Shown here: one piece after another, positions 26,852 to 37,207 of the stretch
How positions within the stretch are numbered: position 1 is the first letter of the stretch
Layout of the letters: every line of letters begins with the position of its first letter
Origin: Candidatus Bathyarchaeota archaeon
Lineage (GTDB): Archaea; Thermoproteota; Bathyarchaeia; Bathyarchaeales; Bathycorpusculaceae
DNA: 64,000 bases
Direction: 5' to 3'
NCBI GenBank assembly: GCA_963828195.1
Contig: CAWHDT010000009.1
Coordinates: forward strand, 96,001 to 160,000
Translations under genes and position numbers: made by a program
Notes under the pieces: model-generated
Databases searched by the model: none
What the model saw: only the letters and a program-made list of their open reading frames with translations
What the model was told of the DNA's origin: nothing

Positions 26852-28609
26852 ATGGAAAAAAGGCTTTTTCAGGTTTGCTTTTTCTTGGCGCTCTTCAGTT
26901 TGCTGCTTATCGCGCCGATTGGGAGAGTTTCAGCCCAAACAGTGTGGAATCTAGAGGTATCTGACTTGTCAAACAACACGGTTACCTATAGTTACAGTCA
27001 GATTTTGGCGATGCCGCAAACCAGCATAGACTCACCTGAGTACTGTTACGGTACCTTGGTAACCAGCGGCGTCTGGACCGGAGTAAGCATGAGCTACTTG
27101 CTCCAACAAAGCGGATTAACGTCAGCGGTCGCATCAGTAAACTTCATGGCAACGGACGGATACACAGTAAGCCTCCCGTTAACCGAAGTCACCCAGCCAG
27201 ACGATATCATAGCCTACCAATCAAACGGCGCATCCCTAACGGAAACACTGCGTTTGGTGATTCCTGAAGACAACGGCAACGAGTGGATCGCAATGCTCAC
27301 TTCAATAAGCATGAGCACAGCCATAGTTTCACCTGGGCTTCCCGCTGGAACAGGAGGAGGGTCATTCCCATTGCCTTCAACGATGCCCACTCCAATATTT
27401 TCACCTACTCCAGCGCCAACAACGACACCCACATCAACACCGTCTCCTAGCCCATCACCTATGCCCAGCCCATCGACAAGTCCTTCAACAAGCCCCAGCC
27501 ATCTCCTAATTTGGAACTACACCACAGGAAACGCAGTTGAGTCATCTCCTAATGTTGTCGGCGGCGTCGTCTACGTTGGGTCACAGGACGACGAGGTTTA
27601 TGCTTTGAATGCGGCAAACGGGGTGCAAATCTGGAATTTCACCACTGGCGGCTACGTGTTTTCTTCGCCTGATGTAGTTGGAGGCGTCGTTTACGTCGGT
27701 TCATATGACCACAGAGTTTATGCGTTAAACGCCACCAACGGAGCCCAAATCTGGAACTATACTACGGGAGGCTATGTATCTTCTTCGCCAGATGTCGTCG
27801 GCGGAGTAGTCTACGTTGGCTCGTACGACGATAAAGTCTACGCTTTAAACGCAACGGACGGAGTTCAAATCTGGAGTTACACCACAGAAGACCTCGTGCG
27901 TTCTTCCCCCACAGTCGTCAACGGGGTCGTCTACACAGGCTCAAGCGACACTTACCTATACGCATTAAACGCCGCCAACGGAGCCCAAATTTGGAACTAC
28001 ACCACGGGAAGCGCGGTGGTTTCGTCTCCAACTGTTGTTGACGGCGTCGTCTACGTCGGGTCAGAACACTCAAACCTCTACGCTATAAACGCAGCAGACG
28101 GAGCCAAACTCTGGAACTACACTACGGGAAACTCTGTAGAGTCATCTCCAGCAGTTGTCGGCGGAATCGTTTATGTTGGCTCTGAGGACGCTAAGGTTTA
28201 CGCTTTAAACGCCACGACCGGAGTCCAAATTTGGAACTACACTACAGGAAGCGGGGTGGTTTCATCTCCCAATGTGGCTGGCGGCGTTGTTTACATCGGA
28301 TCAAGCGATGGTAAAATATATGCATTAAACGCTGCGAGTGGCGAGCAAATCTGGAACTTCACCACTGGAAACGCTGTGGTTTCGTCTGCTGATGTAATTA
28401 GCGGCGTTGTCTATGTTGGCTCAGGTGACGGCAACCTTTACGCTTTGAGAGCTCGCCCGATAACAAGCTCTGAAGTTCCAACAACTTATATTATCATCTC
28501 GGTAGCAGTGATAATAATTGTAATCGCGATGTCTGCATTAGCGCTTAGAAAAAGAAAAATAAGCGCAAACAACCCCAATTCGCTCGATATAGCTCAAAAT
28601 TTCATCTAG
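26852..28609 (+). CDS. Fusion of a sulfite-oxidase/MsrP-like molybdopterin domain with a PQQ beta-propeller, membrane anchored
   Basis: YCYG Cys, WTGVS..LL, F.ATDGY, LRLVIP...G.EW; PS linker; 8 PQQ repeats; C-terminal TM. Confidence 0.85.
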   Translation: MEKRLFQVCFFLALFSLLLIAPIGRVSAQTVWNLEVSDLSNNTVTYSYSQILAMPQTSIDSPEYCYGTLVTSGVWTGVSMSYLLQQSGLTSAVASVNFMATDGYTVSLPLTEVTQPDDIIAYQSNGASLTETLRLVIPEDNGNEWIAMLTSISMSTAIVSPGLPAGTGGGSFPLPSTMPTPIFSPTPAPTTTPTSTPSPSPSPMPSPSTSPSTSPSHLLIWNYTTGNAVESSPNVVGGVVYVGSQDDEVYALNAANGVQIWNFTTGGYVFSSPDVVGGVVYVGSYDHRVYALNATNGAQIWNYTTGGYVSSSPDVVGGVVYVGSYDDKVYALNATDGVQIWSYTTEDLVRSSPTVVNGVVYTGSSDTYLYALNAANGAQIWNYTTGSAVVSSPTVVDGVVYVGSEHSNLYAINAADGAKLWNYTTGNSVESSPAVVGGIVYVGSEDAKVYALNATTGVQIWNYTTGSGVVSSPNVAGGVVYIGSSDGKIYALNAASGEQIWNFTTGNAVVSSADVISGVVYVGSGDGNLYALRARPITSSEVPTTYIIISVAVIIIVIAMSALALRKRKISANNPNSLDIAQNFI

Positions 28610-28943
28610 TTGTCGGCGTTGCCTTGCGAGGTAAATGCTATTTTTTTTGTCTTTGTAGGTCAGCACAGCTCTTACTTTTTTGTGGCTAGTTGACCCAGTA
28701 TGGAGTTAAACGATACTGGTCCCTTAACAGCATACAGGACCGACATCCCATTGCATAAACGATATTATTTTTAGTAGAGTAGCAACTCAGCGAATGGAAA
28801 CGCCAGCACTAAGACCACCAAGTGCTTCCATCTGCTCCCTCTAATTTGGCGAAAGCAATATAAAGCTAAATTGGTTAAGGGTGAGGAAGCGAACGAGAAA
28901 ATTAAGTTTCTTGCTCGATAAAAAATTTGAAGGAAAATAAAAA

Positions 28944-31808
28944 ATGCAAAATCTAAAAAAGAAATCAATGGCTATTTTGATCGCTTTAGTTCTAACAATC
29001 TCTATAGGAGCTTCAATGGTATTAATGCCTAATGCTAGCGCACACAGTCCACCTTGGAACATTACAGATGCGGCGTTTCTACAAGCTGCACCCAACCCAA
29101 TCGGTGTGGGGCAAACTCTCGTAGTGACTTTTTGGACAGCCCAACCTGTGCCTAACGCACTCATCACCAACAACATAAGAAAAGGAAACTACACCCTTGC
29201 TGTCACATTACCTGACGGAACAACTGCAACCCTATGGACACCTAGCGAAATCGTTTCCAACACCGGCGGCGAACAAACCATAACGTACATACCTACAGAA
29301 ACAGGCCAATACCAGTTCAACTTCCTCTTCGGAGGAATGACATACCCAACTCTGGCACAAGTAACGTCAACCGTACCCCTCACAGCAGCAACAAATGCAT
29401 CAATCAACGCTCTTGCAGGAGACATTTACGAGCCTGAAACCGCAAGCTTAAATGTCACCGTACAGCAACAACCCCTAACTCAAACTTTCTATCCGCTTCC
29501 AACAGCCTACTGGACTCGCCCAATAGAAGGTGAAAACATCTACTGGTACACGGTTGCATCAAACTGGCTCGGACCATCTTCTGGACAATTAGGCACTGAC
29601 AACGTTGGTGGCTTTAATAATTACCAGACTTCTGGTACAGCGCCAACTTCAGGTCACATAATGTGGACAATGCCCATTGAGTTCGGAGGAGTCGTCGGCG
29701 GAACCAACACAGCTGTTCCTGGAGCAACATACTACTCAGGCAGTTCATATGAACCAAGATTCTACAACGCATTAATTCTGAATGGAAATCTATACTTCAA
29801 GATGCCTATTGGCGATTATGGTACGATGACCGCTGTAAACGGCGTTTACTATGGCGGAGATTTCGTTGACATAAGCTTAGCTACTGGAAAAGTTGTATGG
29901 GCAAATGCTAGTCCAACATACGATCCAACATGGGGTCAACTATTCAACTGCGTTAACCCGAACCAATCCGGAGTTACTGGCGGATACCTATATCAAAGCT
30001 GGACCGTAGCTGGAGCTGTCAGCAATGCTGCAGGCAGCACGGTTACACCTGCTAACGTAACTTGGATAGCTTACGACGCATTCACAGGCGACTGGATGTT
30101 TAACATAACCAACATTCCACAAAGCCAAACCGTTTACCAAACAAGCAGCAACGGAATATTAAGCGGCTCAATGCTAAGCGAAGTAACATCAGCTGCAGGC
30201 ATGGGTCCAAGCGGTGAACTGCTAAAACTATTCCTTGGCTACAATACTGCAACCCAAACTGGATGGATAGCTCAATGGAACACTACTGATATACTCGAAA
30301 ACCCACTCATTGAAATGAGCGAATACAGACCTGTCGGCACAATAGTTAACGGCGGAACTTCAGGAGCATACGACTGGAACATGACAATAAGCGGCGGTGC
30401 TTTAGACGGATTAGCTGTCAACGCAACTGCTCCGAATGGAGTTTCTCTAACCGGTCCAACAATCAACACATACATTCCTGGCGACATTTTGGTTGGAACA
30501 AGCAGTGGACTATCACAAGGTGTCGGTCCTCAATACACTCCAAACCCATTCACAATGTGGGCAATTAACCTCAACGCAACAGTGGGTCCAGTAGGAAAGG
30601 TATTGTGGGTCCAAAACTACACTGCGCCAAACTTAATGAACGGCAACTCGTACTTAGGCAGCTACACTCAGAGATTCGGACAGGTAGATCCAGTAAACAA
30701 TGTCATCACGATGCAGATCGGTGAAACAATGGAGTGGATGGGCTACAGTTTAACCACCGGAAACTATATGTGGGGTCCAACAACCACAGCGTTCCCAGAT
30801 GGCTACCAATACTTCGGCAGTGGACTAGGTATCGGACAATGCGCGACTACTGCTTACGGCAACATCTACGTTCAAGGCTACGGCGGAACTATTCAATGCT
30901 ATAACACAGCCACCGGCGTTCTAACCTGGATATGGGGTAACGGCGGCGAAGGCAACAGCACCAACGACGGAATCAACTCACCTTGGGGTCTATTACCCAC
31001 CATGATTACTGATGTCTGCAACGGAATGGTCTACGGCTATACTACTCAGCACGGAAACGGCGCTCAATCACCTTACTATGTCAACGAATTTGAATTCTGC
31101 CTCAACGCAACCACAGGACAACAAATCTGGGCTATGAACGGTCAATCTCCAAACGATGGAGGCGGAGGATATCCACAAAACATCATTGCAGACGGACAAA
31201 TGCTCTACTACAACATGTACGACAACCAAATCTACGATATCGGACAAGGACCAAGCTCAACTACCGTTACAGCACCTGATGTCGGCGTGACAACTGCCAC
31301 ACCAATAACAATCACAGGCACAGTGACGGATGTTTCACCAGGCACACAACAAACAGAGCAAAAAGCAGACTTTCCAAACGGCGTTCCATGCGTATCTGAC
31401 GCAAGCCAAAGCCAATGGATGGAATACGTATACATGCAAAAGCCAGAGCCAACCAATGTAACCGGAGTTCCAGTGACAATATCAGTCGTTGACTCGAACG
31501 GCAACAGCAGAGTTATAGGCACAACAACAACTGATGCAAGCGGCACCTACAGCTTAGGATGGACACCTGACATCACCGGCGCATACACTGTAATAGCTTC
31601 TTTCGCAGGATCAAACTCGTATTGGGGATCATCCGCTGAAGCACACTTCGACGCCGCCGCGGCACCAGCAACACCCGCACCATCCGCTACACCAGTATCA
31701 GGGCTAGCATCGACAAGTACCGTAGAGTTAGGAATAGCAGCAGTAATAATTGTGATAATCATAATTGGCGCAGTACTTGCACTGTTGCTTCTCAGAAAAC
31801 GACCATAA
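28944..31808 (+). CDS. Large secreted, membrane-anchored PQQ-like beta-propeller/Ig surface protein (paralogue 2)
   Basis: Same conserved blocks as 23591-26467 (PNPIGVGQ, PLPTAYWTRPI, GNGGEGNSTN, FPNGVPCVSD); TM plus RKRP tail. Confidence 0.85.
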   Translation: MQNLKKKSMAILIALVLTISIGASMVLMPNASAHSPPWNITDAAFLQAAPNPIGVGQTLVVTFWTAQPVPNALITNNIRKGNYTLAVTLPDGTTATLWTPSEIVSNTGGEQTITYIPTETGQYQFNFLFGGMTYPTLAQVTSTVPLTAATNASINALAGDIYEPETASLNVTVQQQPLTQTFYPLPTAYWTRPIEGENIYWYTVASNWLGPSSGQLGTDNVGGFNNYQTSGTAPTSGHIMWTMPIEFGGVVGGTNTAVPGATYYSGSSYEPRFYNALILNGNLYFKMPIGDYGTMTAVNGVYYGGDFVDISLATGKVVWANASPTYDPTWGQLFNCVNPNQSGVTGGYLYQSWTVAGAVSNAAGSTVTPANVTWIAYDAFTGDWMFNITNIPQSQTVYQTSSNGILSGSMLSEVTSAAGMGPSGELLKLFLGYNTATQTGWIAQWNTTDILENPLIEMSEYRPVGTIVNGGTSGAYDWNMTISGGALDGLAVNATAPNGVSLTGPTINTYIPGDILVGTSSGLSQGVGPQYTPNPFTMWAINLNATVGPVGKVLWVQNYTAPNLMNGNSYLGSYTQRFGQVDPVNNVITMQIGETMEWMGYSLTTGNYMWGPTTTAFPDGYQYFGSGLGIGQCATTAYGNIYVQGYGGTIQCYNTATGVLTWIWGNGGEGNSTNDGINSPWGLLPTMITDVCNGMVYGYTTQHGNGAQSPYYVNEFEFCLNATTGQQIWAMNGQSPNDGGGGYPQNIIADGQMLYYNMYDNQIYDIGQGPSSTTVTAPDVGVTTATPITITGTVTDVSPGTQQTEQKADFPNGVPCVSDASQSQWMEYVYMQKPEPTNVTGVPVTISVVDSNGNSRVIGTTTTDASGTYSLGWTPDITGAYTVIASFAGSNSYWGSSAEAHFDAAAAPATPAPSATPVSGLASTSTVELGIAAVIIVIIIIGAVLALLLLRKRP

Positions 31809-32009
31809 AAGCCATAAAACAAAAACATAATAAAACCTCTTTTCTTTTTTTTATATTGCTTCTAAATCAAGTTTGTTGATAAGTATTATTACTTTAAAAT
31901 TATGGGCCTAACAGCATGCTTGCATGTGCTTGGAATAAAAGTTCAACCGTGACCCATAGGGATAAATCAAGCGGTAACAGGAGGGCTTTCTTTATTCGAA
32001 GTAAAAAGC

Positions 32010-32693
32010 ATGAACAAGAAAACGAAGTTACTGGCGATAACTATTGCAGTCGTCATCATTGTCTCACCTCTAGCTGTTTTCAACTTCGTTAAATCACAAA
32101 ATATCAACTCTCAAACGTATTTCCCCAATTATCCTATCCGCGTCGCATGCGTTGGAGACAGCATCACCCAAAACAGCGGGTACCCTTCCGACCTACAATC
32201 AATGCTTGGAAATAACTACACGGTAGGTAACTTTGGCGTCAGCGGGTCAACCGTGCTGCTTAATTCTTGGGAACCCTACATGAACCAGACTCAATTCCAA
32301 GACGCCAAAGCATTCGAGCCCAACATCGTCGTTATTATGCTTGGAACTAACGATGATCTTATGGATCTTCACCCATATAATGAAAGTTTCGAAAGTGATT
32401 ACGCTGAACTGGTAACCTCATTTCAGCAGCTCCAAAGCAAACCACATATCTGGATTGTAACGTCGCCGTCGATTTTCAGCAACAGTTCAGATTTAAGTCC
32501 CTCATACTTGACGGATACAATTATTCCGAAAACCGAGGATTTGGCAAACAAAATGAATTTGCCTATAATTGATGTTAACAGCGCTTTTGGCAACAGCAGT
32601 GACCTCTTCATAGATGGAGTGCACCCGAACAGTCAAGGAGCAACCCTGATTGCAACCGAAGTGTACGATTCCATAAATTCCACTTATAACTAG
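32010..32693 (+). CDS. SGNH/GDSL hydrolase, N-terminally anchored
   Basis: GDSIT, NFGVSG, LGTND, DGVHP blocks. Confidence 0.93.
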   Translation: MNKKTKLLAITIAVVIIVSPLAVFNFVKSQNINSQTYFPNYPIRVACVGDSITQNSGYPSDLQSMLGNNYTVGNFGVSGSTVLLNSWEPYMNQTQFQDAKAFEPNIVVIMLGTNDDLMDLHPYNESFESDYAELVTSFQQLQSKPHIWIVTSPSIFSNSSDLSPSYLTDTIIPKTEDLANKMNLPIIDVNSAFGNSSDLFIDGVHPNSQGATLIATEVYDSINSTYN

Positions 32694-32768
32694 GCCAAAC
32701 TTACTGGCACTAAAGAAATTAAATAAAAAAGCACATTTGAGATATCAAGCCGTAAGTATTTGCGTTTT

Positions 32769-33515
32769 TTATTTTGCTGGCTTGAGTTTGCTTAAGAATA
32801 TTTGGTAAACGACGATGGCTGCGTAGAAGCCGTATGAAAGTATAAGTTTTGGGCGGTGAACGGCGTACTTTAGGTCGCTGACCATTAATTCGACGTGTTT
32901 TCGGGTTGTCCATACTTCTTCGGGACGAAAATGAATGCAGTACGGTACGTAAACCCCTAAAACCTTGTAGCCTTTTTTTTCAATCCAATCTTTGATGTAA
33001 CCGTCCTCGTAAGTATGCAGTTGATAGGGTATTTTGATGTCTTCAACTGTTTTACGCCGAATCAGCGTGTCGTGGGTTCCGCCTCTTTTATCAAATATTT
33101 TTATTGTAACCCTTTCAAACAGATATAGCAATTTTTTCGATTCTCTTAGCACCGACCAAATTTCGATTCCCCAAACGGCGCCTACATTATCTTTAACTAG
33201 TTTTTCCGCCTCAGCAAACCAGTTTTTAGACAAGATAACGTCGCTGTCAACGAACATGAACCAATCGCTCTTCACCATTCTGATTGCAGTCTGCCTAGCG
33301 GTGCCTCTTGTTCCTTTTTCTTGAACAAAGCTAACGTTCCCGTATTTTTCTTGGAACTCTTTCACTATATCAGCGGTTTTATCAGTGGAGAAGCCGTCGA
33401 CAACAATGAGGCGGTTAACTGGAACGTTCCTGTAAACAGAATTAATACACTGCTTCAACATGTGATCGCTGTTCATTGTGAGAATGGCAACATCTATTGG
33501 CTCCATCATAATCAA
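32769..33515 (-). CDS. Glycosyltransferase family 2
   Basis: IVVDGFSTDKT, FMFVDSD. Confidence 0.92.
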   Translation of the reverse strand: MIMMEPIDVAILTMNSDHMLKQCINSVYRNVPVNRLIVVDGFSTDKTADIVKEFQEKYGNVSFVQEKGTRGTARQTAIRMVKSDWFMFVDSDVILSKNWFAEAEKLVKDNVGAVWGIEIWSVLRESKKLLYLFERVTIKIFDKRGGTHDTLIRRKTVEDIKIPYQLHTYEDGYIKDWIEKKGYKVLGVYVPYCIHFRPEEVWTTRKHVELMVSDLKYAVHRPKLILSYGFYAAIVVYQIFLSKLKPAK

Positions 33516-33637
33516 CCTACTTTTTTATAAATAACCTTTTTATCTTTACCTGAAAAGAAAGTTTTCGGTTGCTTGCTATCATCTTCTTCGGCTGCTGGTC
33601 TATCAAATTTGTTATCCTCTTTGGCGCGAAAACATTT

Positions 33638-34807
33638 TTAATAACCCATTAAGCCACAGCATCGGGAGCATATTGGAAAAACTCCATTGTCGCAGCTTCT
33701 CAGGGCGCGTCTAAATTTGCGGTGTTTTTCATTATTGTATATTTCAAGGATGCTTGATTCCATAATGTTTCCTGTAACAAAATCTGGAAAATCTCTACAT
33801 GTTACGGTGTCTCCGTTTGGCATTACATCTAACTGGAACCACGGTGAAACACATTTTTTGTATCCGAAGAAGTTTTCGGGTTCGGTATAGTAGGTTCGAA
33901 TCTCCTCTGGTTTGAGGTCAGGCACAAACAGAATTGGCATCTTAGTTTTTGTAGATTTTATTTGTTGTACTTGCTCAGCGATTTTGTCTATGTTCAGTTT
34001 TGTGGTGTCGCGTACGTAGCCTTTCCATGCGAACGGTGTTACGCCTAACTTTTCCTCCGCTATTTTTGTGTGTTTCTGCCCTATCCATTCTTTAGTGAAC
34101 CAAGAGTAGTAAATCGTCATACCGTCAGGGCTTAGTTTTTCAGCCTCTTTCACAGTGTCAACTAAAGTGGATTCGTTGTTCTTGGAAATTGTTGTGATAA
34201 TAAAAATGCCGGGTTTCGTCTTTTTCTTCTGTTTCTTTATTTTTTGAATAGCCAATATTCCTTTTTTTGCTGTATCTAACGCGCCTGGGACGCCTCGGCA
34301 TTTATCGTGGATCTCTCTTGGGCCATCAAAGGAGACGCAAATCATGTCCCACCCGTTGTCAACAATTGTTTCAGCGTTTCTTTCTAATCCAACCCCGTTT
34401 GTAACAACTTGTACTGTTAAGCCTTTTTGTTTCATGTAGTTGACAAGGGGAACCAGTGGTTCGTAGAGAAAAGGTTCTCCGCCCGTTATGTAAACGTGAA
34501 CTTTTTTTGGAGCAACTTCGTCTATTACTTTTTTGTAAATTTCAACTGGGACTTCCCCTGTGACTTTTGGTGTGTCGTCCCTTGCGTTGTATCCGGCTTG
34601 ACCCCATTGTGCACAGATTGCGCATCTGTGATTGCAACGATGGGTAATTCTTAGGCTCAGCAACCCAAGGGAAGAGCTGGCTCCATCTTCATTTCGGTAG
34701 TCTATTCTTGATTTAACCATCCCTCTGTATGAGACTCTAGCAAGGCTCATCAGGAGTTGGGGGTTTCTGCACATCGGAGTCATGAACTGTGTTGGGATTC
34801 GTCTCAT
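33638..34807 (-). CDS. Radical SAM protein with SPASM/twitch domain
   Basis: CNHRCAIC, TGGEPF, C-terminal CVSPW...C...CSRCC. Confidence 0.92.
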   Translation of the reverse strand: MRRIPTQFMTPMCRNPQLLMSLARVSYRGMVKSRIDYRNEDGASSSLGLLSLRITHRCNHRCAICAQWGQAGYNARDDTPKVTGEVPVEIYKKVIDEVAPKKVHVYITGGEPFLYEPLVPLVNYMKQKGLTVQVVTNGVGLERNAETIVDNGWDMICVSFDGPREIHDKCRGVPGALDTAKKGILAIQKIKKQKKKTKPGIFIITTISKNNESTLVDTVKEAEKLSPDGMTIYYSWFTKEWIGQKHTKIAEEKLGVTPFAWKGYVRDTTKLNIDKIAEQVQQIKSTKTKMPILFVPDLKPEEIRTYYTEPENFFGYKKCVSPWFQLDVMPNGDTVTCRDFPDFVTGNIMESSILEIYNNEKHRKFRRALRSCDNGVFPICSRCCGLMGY

Positions 34808-34881
34808 GAATACTACTCGTTGCTCTACCTTTTAGGAGGGTGTACAATTTAAATTTGACCCATAAGCATTAAAATTTAACG

Positions 34882-35031
34882 TTACTTAAGCCTCAAACCA
34901 ATTGTGTATCGAAGTGTTTCAGGCCAATTGTTTCCTCGATTTTTTGTAACGTAGTTAAACATCGGAAGAAAGACTGCTTCATAAGCCTCACCTAAAGTCT
35001 TCATCAACTTCATATTCTCTCTCACAGTCAT
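34882..35031 (-). pseudogene. Possible remnant of a SnoaL/ester-cyclase-like gene (N-terminus only)
   Basis: GGAGGT SD; MTVRENMKLMKTL resembles the N-terminus of ester cyclase family proteins, then diverges; 49 aa. Confidence 0.35.
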
Positions 35032-35252
35032 CAAAATAACCTCCATCTTCTGCTTTTTTAATTGGATGATTCAATCAGTTGAAATTTATAATTTAGATAA
35101 TTTCGTAGAAACATAATTTCTTCGAAGTTTATCAAAAGTTTTTTGGAAAAATTTGTTTTTCGATCGCCTCTTTTAGCTTTTAAGCATAATTTTATTAACG
35201 ATTAACAACAAAGGTTCTGTAGTTAGACTACCTTAAACAAGAGGTATTTTTC

Positions 35253-35633
35253 TTGGATAACGAAAACGAAATTTTGGAAGAGCTAAAGAAAATTAGGGAA
35301 GCACTTGAAAAAGCTCCACCGCCAACACCCCCAAAAGGATTATGGAACGAATTCAAAGATTTTCTAAAATCCTACAAAGTTCTTGGCTTAGCTGTTGCAT
35401 TCGTTTTAGGCTTATACCTCGGCGCCTTGGTTCAAGCAGTAGTTAAAGACTTTATTATTCCGCTCTTAGGCTTAGCGATTCCAGGTTTGACAAACTTAGC
35501 TACCTACGTGGTTGCGGTTGGGAAGCAGTCATTTGGCATCGGCGACTTCTTAATAGCTCTAATTACCTTCATCTTTGTGGCACTTATCGTGTTCCTCATA
35601 GTGAAGGTTGCCAAAAGATGGAGGATAGATTAA
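35253..35633 (+). CDS. mscL: Large-conductance mechanosensitive channel
   Basis: EFKDFL...VLGLAVAFVLG...LV..FIIP; FGIGDFL.ALI.F. Confidence 0.93.
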   Translation: MDNENEILEELKKIREALEKAPPPTPPKGLWNEFKDFLKSYKVLGLAVAFVLGLYLGALVQAVVKDFIIPLLGLAIPGLTNLATYVVAVGKQSFGIGDFLIALITFIFVALIVFLIVKVAKRWRID

Positions 35634-35838
35634 ACTTTCCCTCTTTTTCTTTTTTAAGAACTCTTTTTTTTTAAAAATAATAACCATGTATCATTTTATC
35701 AGTTGAATAGATCAGAAAACACTTTTTGATTTAAGTTAAGATGGCAAAATATAATTCTCAGAAACAAACGAAGACATCAATAAACAATTGAAAATTTATT
35801 TAAAACAAAAAATAGAAAAATAGATGTCTCTTATTTAA

Positions 35839-36402
35839 TTGTCTGCGGTGATGAGTTTGGCGTTGGATTGTTTTCTTCCCGGGAAGACGATTTTGATAGA
35901 TGCTTCAGGATGGAGTGATCTTTTATTGGGTGTAGTGGTCGGAGCGCTCAAGCCTCCTAATCCTATGGTGATGGAGAGGAGAATCCCCACTTCTTCTTTT
36001 CAGCCGCCGAACTTTAAGAATAGAAAATATCTGGATGACGCCGTAAAGATTGCCGACGAGATTGTTACGGTTATGCAGCCTGACAGTGAAACCTGTTTTA
36101 AGGTTTGTTCAGAATATGTGCTTTCCAATTTAGCTGTGTATTTACTTAGCTTAGGGTTCAAAGTTCAAAGAGTCGAATCCACGGGTGAGCTTAAGCAGTT
36201 AGTTGAAAAAGGATATGTGAGATGGTGTGTTGAAAAAGGAGTGCCTGAGGAAGTGCTCAAAGACCAACGACGCTTCTGGACATTTCTAGAGTGGGTTTCA
36301 GAAAAGCCTCACTTGAGAGAAAGCCTTGTGAAGACTGGCTGGGCAAGTTGGGAGCAAAAATGGAGAGAAGAAATATTCAAAAAACCTCTTAAACCCACCT
36401 GA
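35839..36402 (+). CDS. RNase H-fold-like hypothetical protein
   Basis: ILIDASGWSDLLLGVVVG resembles RNase HII GxDEAGRG..GP.VV; KTGW near the C-terminus. Confidence 0.5.
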   Translation: MSAVMSLALDCFLPGKTILIDASGWSDLLLGVVVGALKPPNPMVMERRIPTSSFQPPNFKNRKYLDDAVKIADEIVTVMQPDSETCFKVCSEYVLSNLAVYLLSLGFKVQRVESTGELKQLVEKGYVRWCVEKGVPEEVLKDQRRFWTFLEWVSEKPHLRESLVKTGWASWEQKWREEIFKKPLKPT

Positions 36403-37207
36403 CAAAATTGTTCATCATCTCAGAGGAAAAAAAGACGAGCTATTTTTTAAAAAAATATGAAAATATTAAAAGGTCAACCCGCCGAAACACTTTTTTTTAT
36501 CTGCGAATCAGAAGAGCCATTGTCGTTTTAATTAATGAGAAAAACAGGTTGGGTCTGAGCCTTAAACATGTCCGCGGTCCATTGAGGCGATGTCTTAGTC
36601 GCTTCATGGTCTTTCACCGTTTTGACCACGTCGCTCGTCACCTCACTGCACATTGCATGTCCAGCCCATTGAAGCAAAGTCTTTGTCGCGCATCAATTTT
36701 CCGCTGTTTTAATTGACGCGTTCCTTGCTTCAACACATTGCGTCTAAAGCGTGCTCCCCGACCTGCAAAATACTAATAGGTGAAGGTTTGATTTAACGTA
36801 TCTTGAACAAAAGCACAGCAATAGACCTGTACGTTAAGCCGATAAAAACCTCCTTTCTATCTAAACTCTCTTTCAACAGCCGAAACTATCTTCAAGAGCC
36901 GGAATAAACCGATTACGTTTTTGACATAAACTACGCAATTTGACATGAACAGCGCAATTTTTCCTGAAACTAGCGAAACCGACTGTTCACCCAAATTAAG
37001 GGACACTTATTTGTAACGCGTGCGATAGCCCTTTAACGTTCATTATGTGGGGCGTTTATGGGCTGCGTTTTTTCTTTTTGTTTCATTTTGCAAAACCCTT
37101 AGAATTGTAGTTTTCATTCAATTAATGTTAGAAGAAAACCGGGAACTTTAATCGATAAACTATTTATGGCACACCTGACACACCAGATAAAACTTTAGTG
37201 GAAACTG

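Noticed and set aside
27505-28450. About 120-bp tandem repeats (also 3735-4710) as a CRISPR or DGR-like array
   Set aside because: In-frame PQQ beta-propeller blades with mostly synonymous variation; no cas or reverse transcriptase genes
31905-31950. Integron attC site (GCCTAACAGCATGC...)
   Set aside because: Left-end resemblance only; no matching right end forming the hairpin and no integron integrase
36530-36700. Small ORF with CAMC motif on the minus strand
   Set aside because: No recognisable family or clear start signal; may be a decayed fragment
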